A stretch of DNA of 64,000 nucleotides from Candidatus Undinarchaeota archaeon (lineage in GTDB: Archaea; SpSt-1190; JASMDC01). Position numbers and translations under genes: made by a program. The notes under the pieces were generated by a model. That model worked only from the letters and a program-made list of their open reading frames with translations, made no database searches and was not told where the DNA came from. The stretch is from contig CAZFHY010000017.1 of NCBI GenBank assembly GCA_964519305.1, positions 17,577 to 81,576 of the forward strand. Reading direction: 5' to 3'. This document shows positions 9,750 to 18,207 of the stretch, one piece after another; the stretch's first letter is position 1; each line of letters opens with the position of its first letter.

Positions 9750-10010
9750 ATGCCCCCGCCCCTGGAGGCCGACAAGGAGACCTGGGAGTTCGAGTGGAAC
9801 CCCAAGCGGCGCTTCGAGGAGTACTGCAAGCTCATCGAGGATTATAATCTCCTCCGCAAGCGCAACAAGGAGCTCGAGGTCAAGTACGAGGAGATGAAGC
9901 AGCTCATGCTCGAGCTGCGTGAGCAGGTGGAGAAGGGATCCAAGGACCAGCGGAAGCTGTTCGACCGGCTCAACGCCATCAAGACCATCGCCACGCCCAA
10001 GGACGTGTAG
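9750..10010 (+). CDS. small coiled-coil protein
   Basis: Heptad-like E/K/L pattern; strong GC3 codon bias; GGTGA upstream. Confidence 0.75.
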   Translation: MPPPLEADKETWEFEWNPKRRFEEYCKLIEDYNLLRKRNKELEVKYEEMKQLMLELREQVEKGSKDQRKLFDRLNAIKTIATPKDV

Positions 10011-10016
10011 GCGACC

Positions 10017-10496
10017 GTGCGCGAGTTCCGCTACGCGGGCTGGCGACGTGATTCCGTGTTCGTCCTGGTCATGGACGCCGTCATCCTCCCACCGCTCGTC
10101 GGCCTTTGGGGCGAGGTCCCCAAGACGCTGGGCGGAGTGCTCTTCTTGGTGATGATGACCACGTTCTTCGGCGGCCTCTGCTATGTTATAACCGACACGA
10201 TCAGAAAGTACCGTGGGATGAGTCTCGTACTTGATGATGAGGCCGTCGCGCTCGTCCTGCCCGGACCGAACATTGCATTACTGAACGCCAGTGTGGACCT
10301 CCCACCCGGGCCGTGGCGTGTGCGCTTTACGGACATACGGACCGTCGAACGGACCTCTCGCTTGTGGTCGTCACGGAAAGCAGGCAAACTGGAGACCCTC
10401 CGTATCGTCGACCGGGAGGGCAACGTCCACGAGCTGTCCCGGCCCTTCGAGGACCGGATCGACGAGATGGTAACTGCCATCAAGGGCCGCCTTTGA
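10017..10496 (+). CDS. hypothetical 2-TM membrane protein with C-terminal beta domain
   Basis: Two hydrophobic helices followed by a PH-like VRFTDIRTVE segment. Confidence 0.6.
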   Translation: MREFRYAGWRRDSVFVLVMDAVILPPLVGLWGEVPKTLGGVLFLVMMTTFFGGLCYVITDTIRKYRGMSLVLDDEAVALVLPGPNIALLNASVDLPPGPWRVRFTDIRTVERTSRLWSSRKAGKLETLRIVDREGNVHELSRPFEDRIDEMVTAIKGRL

Positions 10497-10565
10497 ACAA
10501 CGGTCGCTGGCGGTGGGGTGCGCAGGTTCACAGGCCTGACGCCGGGGGAAGATCCCGGTCCTTCC

Positions 10566-11363
10566 TCATACCTTCCTGCCGATGATGCCCAGGTGGCCGG
10601 CAGCCCCGACTATCGACGGCTCGGTGCAGTAGCGCAGCTCCAGCTCGACGATGCGCTCGTACAGTTCCCGGTCCGCGAGCAGCCGCTGGGCGTCAGCCTT
10701 CCCGAGCTTGTCGGCGATGACGTGCATGCCGAACACATCAACGACCTCGAGTCCATGACGCCTGAAGAGCGCCTCGAGCTCCCCGACCCGGAAGTTGTGC
10801 TGCGGGAACTCCATGGGGAAACGTGTCCGTCCCGTGCGCTCAAGCCGGTCCAGTTCCTCGAGCCGCTGCTCACGCACGATCTCCACCATCTGATGGAAGA
10901 ACGAGTCCACGGTGGCCATTACAGGCGCGCCGCGCTTCGCCACGCGGGATAGTTCGCCCATCGCCGCGTCCTTGTCTGTGCAGTAGGAGACGGGATCCCC
11001 CAGGGAGATGACGAGGTCGAAGGAGTCGTCGTCGAGCGTCCCCATGTCACAGATGTCCAGCTGGAGGATGGTGATCCTGTCCGCGAACCCGAGCGCCTCG
11101 ACCTTCTTGCGCGCGACATCGAGCATCCCCGTGGAAAGGTCGGTGAGGATGACGTCGTACCCCTTCTGCACCAGCTCGATGGCGAACTCCCCGGTCCCCC
11201 CTCCTGCGTCCAGGGCACGACCGCCCTTCGGTGGGAGGAGGGGTCCGAGCCTCGACCACTCGACACGGCGGGCGATGTCCCAGTAGCGGTCGTCGTAGGT
11301 GTCGTCGTACGCAGCGGCCTGCTCGGAATGGGATTGGGCCGCAGGGGATTCTTCCATCACCAC
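10566..11363 (-). CDS. class I SAM-dependent methyltransferase
   Basis: ALDAGGGTG, DLSTGML, DDSFDLVI. Confidence 0.9.
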   Translation of the reverse strand: MVMEESPAAQSHSEQAAAYDDTYDDRYWDIARRVEWSRLGPLLPPKGGRALDAGGGTGEFAIELVQKGYDVILTDLSTGMLDVARKKVEALGFADRITILQLDICDMGTLDDDSFDLVISLGDPVSYCTDKDAAMGELSRVAKRGAPVMATVDSFFHQMVEIVREQRLEELDRLERTGRTRFPMEFPQHNFRVGELEALFRRHGLEVVDVFGMHVIADKLGKADAQRLLADRELYERIVELELRYCTEPSIVGAAGHLGIIGRKV

Positions 11364-11369
11364 GCCCCC

Positions 11370-11873
11370 CTACAACCGTGCCCGCAGGGTGTACTGCCAG
11401 GGCAGGAGGCCCAGCTTGCGGTAGAACTGGACGGCGGGATTATCCTTGACCACGTTGATGGTGATCTCGGTGGCGCCCCGGGCACGGGCGTCGGCGATGA
11501 ACGCGCGCACCAGGGCCGAGCCGATACCCCGGCCGCGAAGGGTGGGCTCGACGTAGAGCGAGTCCACGTGCGCCACCGTCCCGCGCCGCACTGGGTCGTT
11601 GGCGATGAGGTACCCGAAGACGTATCCCACATGCTTCCCGTCGTAGTCGGCCACGATGACGTTGCGGCAGTCCGTGTTCATGTGGCCACGTACGTGACGC
11701 TTGAACGTGGCCAGCGCGTCAAGGTCGGTGCGGGTGGTCTCGGAGTGGACCGGCAGCTCAGCGATGCGTTTCCACAGCCAGCTGATGAACTCGACATCGG
11801 TCTCCCGGCCGTATCGGAGCTGGACCCGTGGACGCTCAAGGGGAGCGCTCACCGTGGCGGCACAGATGTCCAC
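11370..11873 (-). CDS. GNAT family N-acetyltransferase
   Basis: LYVEPTLRGRGIGSAL, NPAVQFYRKLG. Confidence 0.9.
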   Translation of the reverse strand: MDICAATVSAPLERPRVQLRYGRETDVEFISWLWKRIAELPVHSETTRTDLDALATFKRHVRGHMNTDCRNVIVADYDGKHVGYVFGYLIANDPVRRGTVAHVDSLYVEPTLRGRGIGSALVRAFIADARARGATEITINVVKDNPAVQFYRKLGLLPWQYTLRARL

Positions 11874-11966
11874 GGAAGTATCCTCGTTCGCTGATCATTT
11901 ATAAACATCCAATAGCGGCACGCCGCCCCCCGTCCGTACATAACGCATGACGACCTCAATCCTTCC

Positions 11967-12206
11967 ATGGAGGAGATCGGGACCCGGGTCACCATCAAGC
12001 CGCACATGGTGCGGTGGTCGCTCGACGGCACCCTCACGTTCTCGTCCGGAGGTACCTACCCTGTGCGTGCCGGCTCCATACGCGAGATCAGGGAGGCCGT
12101 GGTCCGGCGCCAGGCCGAGGAGATGGAAGGGCTGGAAGAGCGACAGCGTGAGCTTCGGCGCGAGGAACTGCGCGCGTCCCGGCGACGACGGCGCGCCGCC
12201 CCGTAG
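11967..12206 (+). CDS. hypothetical small protein with Arg-rich coiled tail
   Basis: 79-aa ORF filling the gap between the GNAT and the dehydrogenase. Confidence 0.45.
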   Translation: MEEIGTRVTIKPHMVRWSLDGTLTFSSGGTYPVRAGSIREIREAVVRRQAEEMEGLEERQRELRREELRASRRRRRAAP

Positions 12207-12239
12207 GGTATAAAAATGTGAACGCGCTGCCCGCGCCAC

Positions 12240-13724
12240 ATGACGATCGATACGCAAGCGCTCATCAAGGGAATTCTCGATGGCACATACGCCGTCTCCA
12301 TCCATGGACAGGGTTACGTCGGCATCCCCCTGGCGGCGCTGCTCGCGAAGCGGGGTGTGCGGGTCATCGGTGTCGACATCGACGCCTCCAAGGTTGACCG
12401 CCTCAACCGCGGTGAGTCGCCCGTGGACGAGCAGGACCCCAACTCTGTGCTCGAGCACGGCGCCGAGCGGTCGGAGCACAAGTGCGTCATCGACGGCATC
12501 GAGCTCTTCGTGTACAAGGGAGTGGTGTTCTGCCCCACATGTCTGCGCACCTACCGCATCACTGACGGTATCCCCGTCCTGACACAGGAGACCGTGGAGC
12601 TGCCCGCGCTGGCCACCGTGGACGACTACCTGAAGGAAGGATTGGCCGCGGGTAACTACCGCGCCACCCTGGACGCAGAGGGGGCCGTACGTGAGTCGAA
12701 GGTCCACATAATCACGGTCCCGACGTTCGCCGACTCCTACGAGCCGGTGCTCGCTGTGGCACGCGCCGTCGGCGGGTCGCTCGACGAGGACGGCCACGTG
12801 ATCATCAACAAGTCCACGGTCCCCGTGGGTGCTACTGACGAGGCGGAGGCCATCATCCGCTCGCTCACCGACCATGAGTTCGGGATAGTGCATATGCAGG
12901 AGCGCATCGCCGAGGGCCGGGCGCTCAAGGAGTTCCAGGACATCCCCCGCACCGCCGGAACCCGTGATCCGGAGGCCGGGAAGGTCGCCAAGGCGCTGTT
13001 CGACAGCCTCGGTTCGCCGGTGTACCTCTTCGACGATCCGCGGATCACCGAGGCCAGCAAGATATTCGAGAACGCCTACCGCGACTGCAACATATCCATC
13101 GCTAACGCGTTCGCCATATACTGTGAGAAGAAGGGCCTGAGCGTGTACCAGGTCATCGCGGCGGCCAACACCAACATCAAGACCCGGATATTCCAGCCCG
13201 GGATGGTCGGCGGGCACTGTCTCCCCGAGGACACCTACTACGTGGCCGAACCCATCAAGGACCTCGAGACCAAGAACACCATCATGGCAGGCCGCAAGCT
13301 CAACGAGTGGGTCCCCGGCCACCTGGTCGACCTGCTGGAACAGGGTCTCAAGAAGACGGGCAAGGGGCTTGCGGGCACCACCGTGTGCATGCTGGGCCTG
13401 GCGTTCAAGGGGAACACCGATGACACGCGCGAGAGCGGAGCGCTAATCATCGCTGATATGCTGGCCAAGCGCGGTGTCAAGGTGCAGATCCATGATCCAT
13501 GGGTGCCCGAGGCGGTCGTCGCTGAGCATGGTCGCCCCGTCGGTGTCGGCGAGGCGCTGAAGGCGGACGCTCTCCTGGTGGCCACCGAGCACACCCAGTT
13601 CTTCACCTTCCCCTACCGCGAGGCGTGGGCAAAGGTGGTCGTCGACGGTCGCAACATGGTGCCCCCCGAGGCACTGAAGGGCTCGGGCAAGGAGCTCTTG
13701 CGGTTCGGCGACGGGGCCCCCTGA
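12240..13724 (+). CDS. UDP-sugar 6-dehydrogenase (WecC/UGD family) with inserted Trm112-like Zn domain
   Basis: GQGYVG, TVPT, KSTVPVG, QERIAEG, EASKIFEN, GGHCL, GLAFKGNTDDTRES, VDGRN. Confidence 0.93.
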   Translation: MTIDTQALIKGILDGTYAVSIHGQGYVGIPLAALLAKRGVRVIGVDIDASKVDRLNRGESPVDEQDPNSVLEHGAERSEHKCVIDGIELFVYKGVVFCPTCLRTYRITDGIPVLTQETVELPALATVDDYLKEGLAAGNYRATLDAEGAVRESKVHIITVPTFADSYEPVLAVARAVGGSLDEDGHVIINKSTVPVGATDEAEAIIRSLTDHEFGIVHMQERIAEGRALKEFQDIPRTAGTRDPEAGKVAKALFDSLGSPVYLFDDPRITEASKIFENAYRDCNISIANAFAIYCEKKGLSVYQVIAAANTNIKTRIFQPGMVGGHCLPEDTYYVAEPIKDLETKNTIMAGRKLNEWVPGHLVDLLEQGLKKTGKGLAGTTVCMLGLAFKGNTDDTRESGALIIADMLAKRGVKVQIHDPWVPEAVVAEHGRPVGVGEALKADALLVATEHTQFFTFPYREAWAKVVVDGRNMVPPEALKGSGKELLRFGDGAP

Positions 13725-13854
13725 TACTACTGCTGGTCGTAACGAAGGCACTTAGCCGACGACAGCGTTCACAGGTATCGTGGACCCAGGCCGTCATGTA
13801 TCGTATGTCGTCCTCCCCCGCACAAGATCCGTACCAACCGTGCACCATGTGACC

Positions 13855-13888
13855 ACGCGTGCGCTGTCACGGCACGCGTCGGTTTTTC
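13855..13888 (+). terminator. hairpin plus T-tract downstream of the dehydrogenase gene
   Basis: ACGCGTGC-N9-GCACGCGT followed by CGGTTTTTC. Confidence 0.4.
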
Positions 13889-13935
13889 TGGTGGATATAA
13901 AAGCCCCTGATTGCTGGCCGGGTACGGGAGATACC

Positions 13936-15177
13936 ATGCAGACCCTTGAAAGCCTCTTCTCGCGTTCAGCACGGATGATGAAGGGATCCGAGATCCGGGA
14001 GCTCCTCAAGCTCACCCAGCGGAAGGAGATCATATCCTTTGCCGGCGGCCTACCAAATCCGGACGCTTTCCCCATGGAGAACATCCACAAGATGATGGAC
14101 CACGTGATGAAGAACCACGCCCGGGAGGCGCTCCAGTACGGGACCACCGAGGGTCACAACAAGCTGCGGCTCGCCCTGGTCCACGGGATGCAGCAGAACT
14201 ACGACGTGACCACGGACGTCCACAACCTGGCGGTCACAACGGGCTCGCAGGAGGCGCTCTATCTCCTGAGCAAGGTGCTCCTCGATCCGGGCGACACCGT
14301 GCTCACCGCAGCGCCCACCTACATCGGCGCCACATCTACCTTCCTTGCGCAACAGGCCAACATCGACTGCATCCCGCTCGATGACCAGGGCGTCCGCGTC
14401 GATCTCCTCGAGGACAAGCTCGAGTGGATGGCACGCAATAAGAAGCTACCCAAGTTCGTCTACCTCATCCCCACGTTCCAGAACCCGTCCGGAGTGACCA
14501 TCTCCCGCGAAAAGCGCAAGCAGATCTACGAGCTGGTGTGCCGCTACAACCTGCTCCTCGTCGAGGACGATCCGTACGGCCTGCTGCGGTACGACGGCGA
14601 TCCCGTGCTCCCGATCAAGGCACGCGACACCGAGGACCGGGTCGTGTACCTGGGCACCTTCTCGAAGATCCTAGCGCCCGGGTTCCGCATCGCATGGACC
14701 TGCGGTCCGGCCGAGCTGCTCAACAAGATGACGCTCGCCAAGCAGGCGGTGGACCTCTGCTCCAACACCTTCGGCCAGTACATCGTGTACGAGGCGATCC
14801 ACCACAACCTACTGTTCCCCCACATCTCGGAGATCAAGCGCATCTACAAGGAGAAGCGGGACGCCATGCTCGCCGCCATGACCGAGCACTTCCCCGACGT
14901 GGCCCGGTGGAACACGCCCGAGGGCGGGCTGTTCATCTGGGTGCGGCTGCCCCACTCGGTCAACACCCGGGACATGTTCCCCAAGGCGGTGGCCAACAAC
15001 GTGGCTTATGTGGTGGGCCAGGCGTTCTACCCGGATGGTTCGGGCTCGAACACCATGCGCCTTAACTTCTCCCACTCGTCCAACGAGCAGATCTGGGAGG
15101 GCATCGAGCGGTTGTCCAACGTCATCCAGCAGGAGCTGGACAAGAAGATAGAGCCCGAGCTCATCCACGTGTACTAG
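13936..15177 (+). CDS. PLP-dependent class I aminotransferase (LysN/Aro8-like)
   Basis: ISFAGGLP, LQYG, PTFQNPSG, EDDPYG, GTFSKILAPGFRI, MRLNFS. Confidence 0.93.
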   Translation: MQTLESLFSRSARMMKGSEIRELLKLTQRKEIISFAGGLPNPDAFPMENIHKMMDHVMKNHAREALQYGTTEGHNKLRLALVHGMQQNYDVTTDVHNLAVTTGSQEALYLLSKVLLDPGDTVLTAAPTYIGATSTFLAQQANIDCIPLDDQGVRVDLLEDKLEWMARNKKLPKFVYLIPTFQNPSGVTISREKRKQIYELVCRYNLLLVEDDPYGLLRYDGDPVLPIKARDTEDRVVYLGTFSKILAPGFRIAWTCGPAELLNKMTLAKQAVDLCSNTFGQYIVYEAIHHNLLFPHISEIKRIYKEKRDAMLAAMTEHFPDVARWNTPEGGLFIWVRLPHSVNTRDMFPKAVANNVAYVVGQAFYPDGSGSNTMRLNFSHSSNEQIWEGIERLSNVIQQELDKKIEPELIHVY

Positions 15178-15180
15178 GAG

Positions 15181-15230
15181 AAGAAAGGGAAGGGGGCGGT
15201 TCCCTGGCCGGGACGCCGCCCCCGTTCTTT
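15181..15230. terminator. bidirectional GC hairpin between convergent genes
   Basis: GGGGGCGG...CCGCCCCC with pyrimidine tracts downstream on both strands. Confidence 0.55.
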
Positions 15231-15235
15231 CGCGG

Positions 15236-15919
15236 TTATTCCTGCTCTTTGAGCTCGACGGCCCGAGCGACGTTCTTTCCCCTGAAGCTCAGGATTGGAT
15301 GGAAGATGTCGCCCATGTAATCAGGGGTCCCGTCGTACTTCTCCTTGACCTCGCGCAGGGCGCCCTCGATGCCGTTGACGTTCCCGTCCATGCTGAGGAA
15401 GAACCCGACGGTCTCGGAGGGGACATAGACACCGGGGTACCCTGTGGGGTACGTCCTGATGCGCTCGTTGGCCGACACCTCGATACCGTGCTTCTCTGAG
15501 AGCTCGGTGGCGTACGCGGCGAGCTCGTCCATGGTGCCCTCGGGCATGTCGGCGTTGTAGGCGACGTCGAGGTGGCCGTCCATGTCAGCTTCCTTTGCGA
15601 TCACATACGAGGAGAGCCGGAAGCCCTTCCACGATGCGATGGGATGACCCGGGTCGATGGCCGGGTTGGACGGAATACCGTGCTCCTTGGTCTCCTGCAC
15701 CAGGTACTCGGAGGCCGCCAGGACGTCCTTCTCGGACCCCTGGAACGTCACGCCCCTACCGTACTCGCCCACGCGCCGGGCCCAGAGCATTTCATGGTTG
15801 GCATTGACATCGTAGGTCGATTCGATATGGGATAAAGCCTGGTCAATGGCCTCGGAGCGGGCGTCGTAGCCCTCGCTGCCGGGACCACCATAGTACTCGA
15901 AGAGCGCTTCTGCATCCAT
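15236..15919 (-). CDS. unknown-family protein, paralog 1 of 3
   Basis: Shares HPI(A/S)..KGFRLSSYV..KE and HP..SFRGKNVA..VEL with the two neighbours. Confidence 0.88.
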   Translation of the reverse strand: MDAEALFEYYGGPGSEGYDARSEAIDQALSHIESTYDVNANHEMLWARRVGEYGRGVTFQGSEKDVLAASEYLVQETKEHGIPSNPAIDPGHPIASWKGFRLSSYVIAKEADMDGHLDVAYNADMPEGTMDELAAYATELSEKHGIEVSANERIRTYPTGYPGVYVPSETVGFFLSMDGNVNGIEGALREVKEKYDGTPDYMGDIFHPILSFRGKNVARAVELKEQE

Positions 15920-16017
15920 GACGAGTCTCGGCCCCGCGAGCGCTTTTTATACAGAACTTTTGGTCTACCGACTGACAAACAGTGTCATGATTGGGGTGCC
16001 GTATGGCGTTATTGGCC

Positions 16018-16710
16018 CTACTCGCGGTCCTCGAGCTCGACGACCTTGGCGACGTTCTTGCCCCTGAAGCTCTTGAACGGGTGGAGGGGGTCGCTGAGGT
16101 ACTGGGGCTTCTCGTCGAAGTGCTCTCTTGCCTCGCGCAGGGCCGACTCGACGCCGTCGATGTTCCCGTCGAGGCTGAGCCAGAAGCCGATCACCTTGGA
16201 CGGGGGCGGGCAGGCCGGGTAGCCTCCATAGGCGGGTTCGTACCGGTTCTGTGCGGTGGCCTTGATACCGTGCTTCTCGGCGAGACCGGCGGCGTAGGTG
16301 CCCAGCTCTTCAAGCCTTGCCTCGGCGTTCTCGTCCGTGAAACCGGCGTCGAGGAAGACGTCAGCGCCCTTTTCCTTGTCTAGCACGTACGACGATAGTC
16401 TGAAGCCCTTCCACGCAGCGATGGGATGGCAGATGTCGAAGCATGAGTTCCACGGCATGTCGTAGCCCTTGGCCTTGGTCTCGTTCACCAGGTACTGCGT
16501 CGCCTCCAGGACGTCCTGCTCGCTGCCCCGGATCATGATCTTGCGGTCGGAGAACCCGGTGTACGGCAGGAGTACGTCCTGCTGCTTCACGTCGATGTCG
16601 TAGGAGCCGCGCGCTCCCTCGAGCGCGGTGTCGAGGTCACGGTCCAGGGTGTCGTACGCCTCCTGGTCGAGCCCCTGGATGTTGTAGTTCAGGATGACCT
16701 CGGCTTCCAT
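16018..16710 (-). CDS. unknown-family protein, paralog 2 of 3
   Basis: Same two motifs; 3 nt from the stop of paralog 3. Confidence 0.88.
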   Translation of the reverse strand: MEAEVILNYNIQGLDQEAYDTLDRDLDTALEGARGSYDIDVKQQDVLLPYTGFSDRKIMIRGSEQDVLEATQYLVNETKAKGYDMPWNSCFDICHPIAAWKGFRLSSYVLDKEKGADVFLDAGFTDENAEARLEELGTYAAGLAEKHGIKATAQNRYEPAYGGYPACPPPSKVIGFWLSLDGNIDGVESALREAREHFDEKPQYLSDPLHPFKSFRGKNVAKVVELEDRE

Positions 16711-16713
16711 GGT

Positions 16714-17400
16714 TCATTCCTCCCGTTCGAGTTCGACTACGCGTGCCACGTTCTTGCCCCTGAAGCTCCTGATCGGGTGGAGGATGTCGCCGAAGTACTC
16801 CGGCTTGTCCTCGAAATTCTCCCGGAGCTCACGTGTAGCGCCTTCAATGCCGTTGACGTCTCCGTCCAGGCTGAAGTAGAAACCGACGACCTCCGACGGG
16901 ACCGCTACGGGTACGGGGGCCGCGACGGGGTAGACCTTTATGCGCTCCTCGACCTTGACATCGATGCCGTGCTTCTCGGCCAGCTCGGTGGCATAGGCGG
17001 AGAGGTCCTCCATCTTGGCCTCGGCCTCCTTGTCGCTGTAGCCGACGTCCAGGTGGCCAGTGAGACCCTCTTCCTTAGCGAGCACGTACGATGATAGCCT
17101 GAAACCCTTGTAGGCGGCGATGGGATGGAATGGATCGATGACCTTGTTCTCGGGCAACGGATGGCCGTTGTCCTTCATCTCGTTGACGATGTAGCCTGTG
17201 GCCTCCAGCAGGTCCTCCTGGGACCCTCGCAGGATGACCTCGCGGCCGTACGCTCCGACGTGCTGCGCCATCAAGGTGTTGTGCTGGGTCTCGATGTCGT
17301 AGCTCTTGTTCAGCTCGTCAAGGGTGCTGTTGATGTCCTCGTTTCGCTGGTTGTATTCATCGGTCGCACCGTAGAAATGAAGAATGACTTCCGCATCCAT
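16714..17400 (-). CDS. unknown-family protein, paralog 3 of 3
   Basis: Start trimmed to ATG 17400 (MDAEVIL, aligns with paralogs); TATA at 17425-17432. Confidence 0.88.
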   Translation of the reverse strand: MDAEVILHFYGATDEYNQRNEDINSTLDELNKSYDIETQHNTLMAQHVGAYGREVILRGSQEDLLEATGYIVNEMKDNGHPLPENKVIDPFHPIAAYKGFRLSSYVLAKEEGLTGHLDVGYSDKEAEAKMEDLSAYATELAEKHGIDVKVEERIKVYPVAAPVPVAVPSEVVGFYFSLDGDVNGIEGATRELRENFEDKPEYFGDILHPIRSFRGKNVARVVELEREE

Positions 17401-17493
17401 GGGATAACCTAGCTCAACAGGCGGTATATAAACCTTGTCATCACGAGGTAGTAACAAACTAAAAGGTCTCTGCCAAGAACGAGCGGGATATCG

Positions 17494-17521
17494 GCGGACG
17501 GTCCCGGGGGGGGCCGTCCGC
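17494..17521 (-). terminator. GC hairpin downstream of the 17543 gene
   Basis: GCGGACGGTCC...GGGCCGTCCGC. Confidence 0.45.
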
Positions 17522-17542
17522 CTGCTGGTGTGTAAGGGTTCG

Positions 17543-18091
17543 TTATTTCAGGGCGATAAGGATGTCACCGCCGTCCTTGTGGGTGTAGTGGCTGACACGA
17601 GCGCTGAACCCGGCGTCGCGGAACCCGGCGGCGGCCTCGTCCAGGGACTCGCTGTCCTTGTACGTGACCATGGCACGCTGGTAGGGGATGTCGGGGCAGA
17701 AGCTGTCCATACCCTTGAGGTAGCCCTTGGCCGCCTCGGCGATCTCGGAGAACCTCTCGGTGTCCGAGTGGGTAGGCTTACCGGCGTACTCGCTGTTCAG
17801 CTCCACGGTACCGCAGTTGGAATGGGGGTCGCGGTTATAGGCGCTACCGAACTCCTTCATGAGCGCCTCGTGCATGCCCATGTCGTCGGTTGTGACGACA
17901 GCACGCTGGACGAAGTAGGAAGGACCGGCATTATAGGAGGGCGCTTCGGCGTCCTTGAAGTGCTTGGCGAAAAAGCCAGGCTCATGATCCTTCACGTAAG
18001 CATCAAGTGTATCGCGGACGGCATCGTACTGCGACCCGCGGGCCACCATGCCATCGATGTATGCTGCGTCGATTTCCATGCGATCAGTCAC
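17543..18091 (-). CDS. hypothetical acidic protein with internal repeat
   Basis: Good codon bias; QRAVVT / QRAMVT repeat; TATA at 18111-18118; start could be ATG 18079. Confidence 0.8.
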   Translation of the reverse strand: MTDRMEIDAAYIDGMVARGSQYDAVRDTLDAYVKDHEPGFFAKHFKDAEAPSYNAGPSYFVQRAVVTTDDMGMHEALMKEFGSAYNRDPHSNCGTVELNSEYAGKPTHSDTERFSEIAEAAKGYLKGMDSFCPDIPYQRAMVTYKDSESLDEAAAGFRDAGFSARVSHYTHKDGGDILIALK

Positions 18092-18150
18092 CTACGAACC
18101 CTATGGTCCTTATATAGATTCCCTTGGGTTTGTCACCTGAGAGTGGTTAC

Positions 18151-18171
18151 AGTTATGAACCCTTCATAACT
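18151..18171. promoter_or_regulatory. perfect inverted repeat, candidate operator
   Basis: AGTTATGAA-CCC-TTCATAACT. Confidence 0.45.
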
Positions 18172-18207
18172 ACGGTCCCGGGAGGCAGGAAAAGGGCGTT
18201 AGGGGCC

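Noticed and set aside
12441-12617. Insert in the dehydrogenase considered as a mini-intein
   Set aside because: Too short, no N-terminal C/S block and no terminal HN followed by C/S/T; it looks like a Zn ribbon instead
11895-13322. 475-aa minus-strand ORF and many similar long overlapping ORFs
   Set aside because: Antisense shadows of well-supported genes, expected in high-GC DNA; no motifs
13603-13848. Minus-strand ORF containing CERC
   Set aside because: Overlaps the dehydrogenase 3' end antisense by ~120 nt; no other support
17504-17513. G homopolymer as a phase-variation tract
   Set aside because: Intergenic and part of a terminator-like hairpin, not in a CDS or promoter spacer
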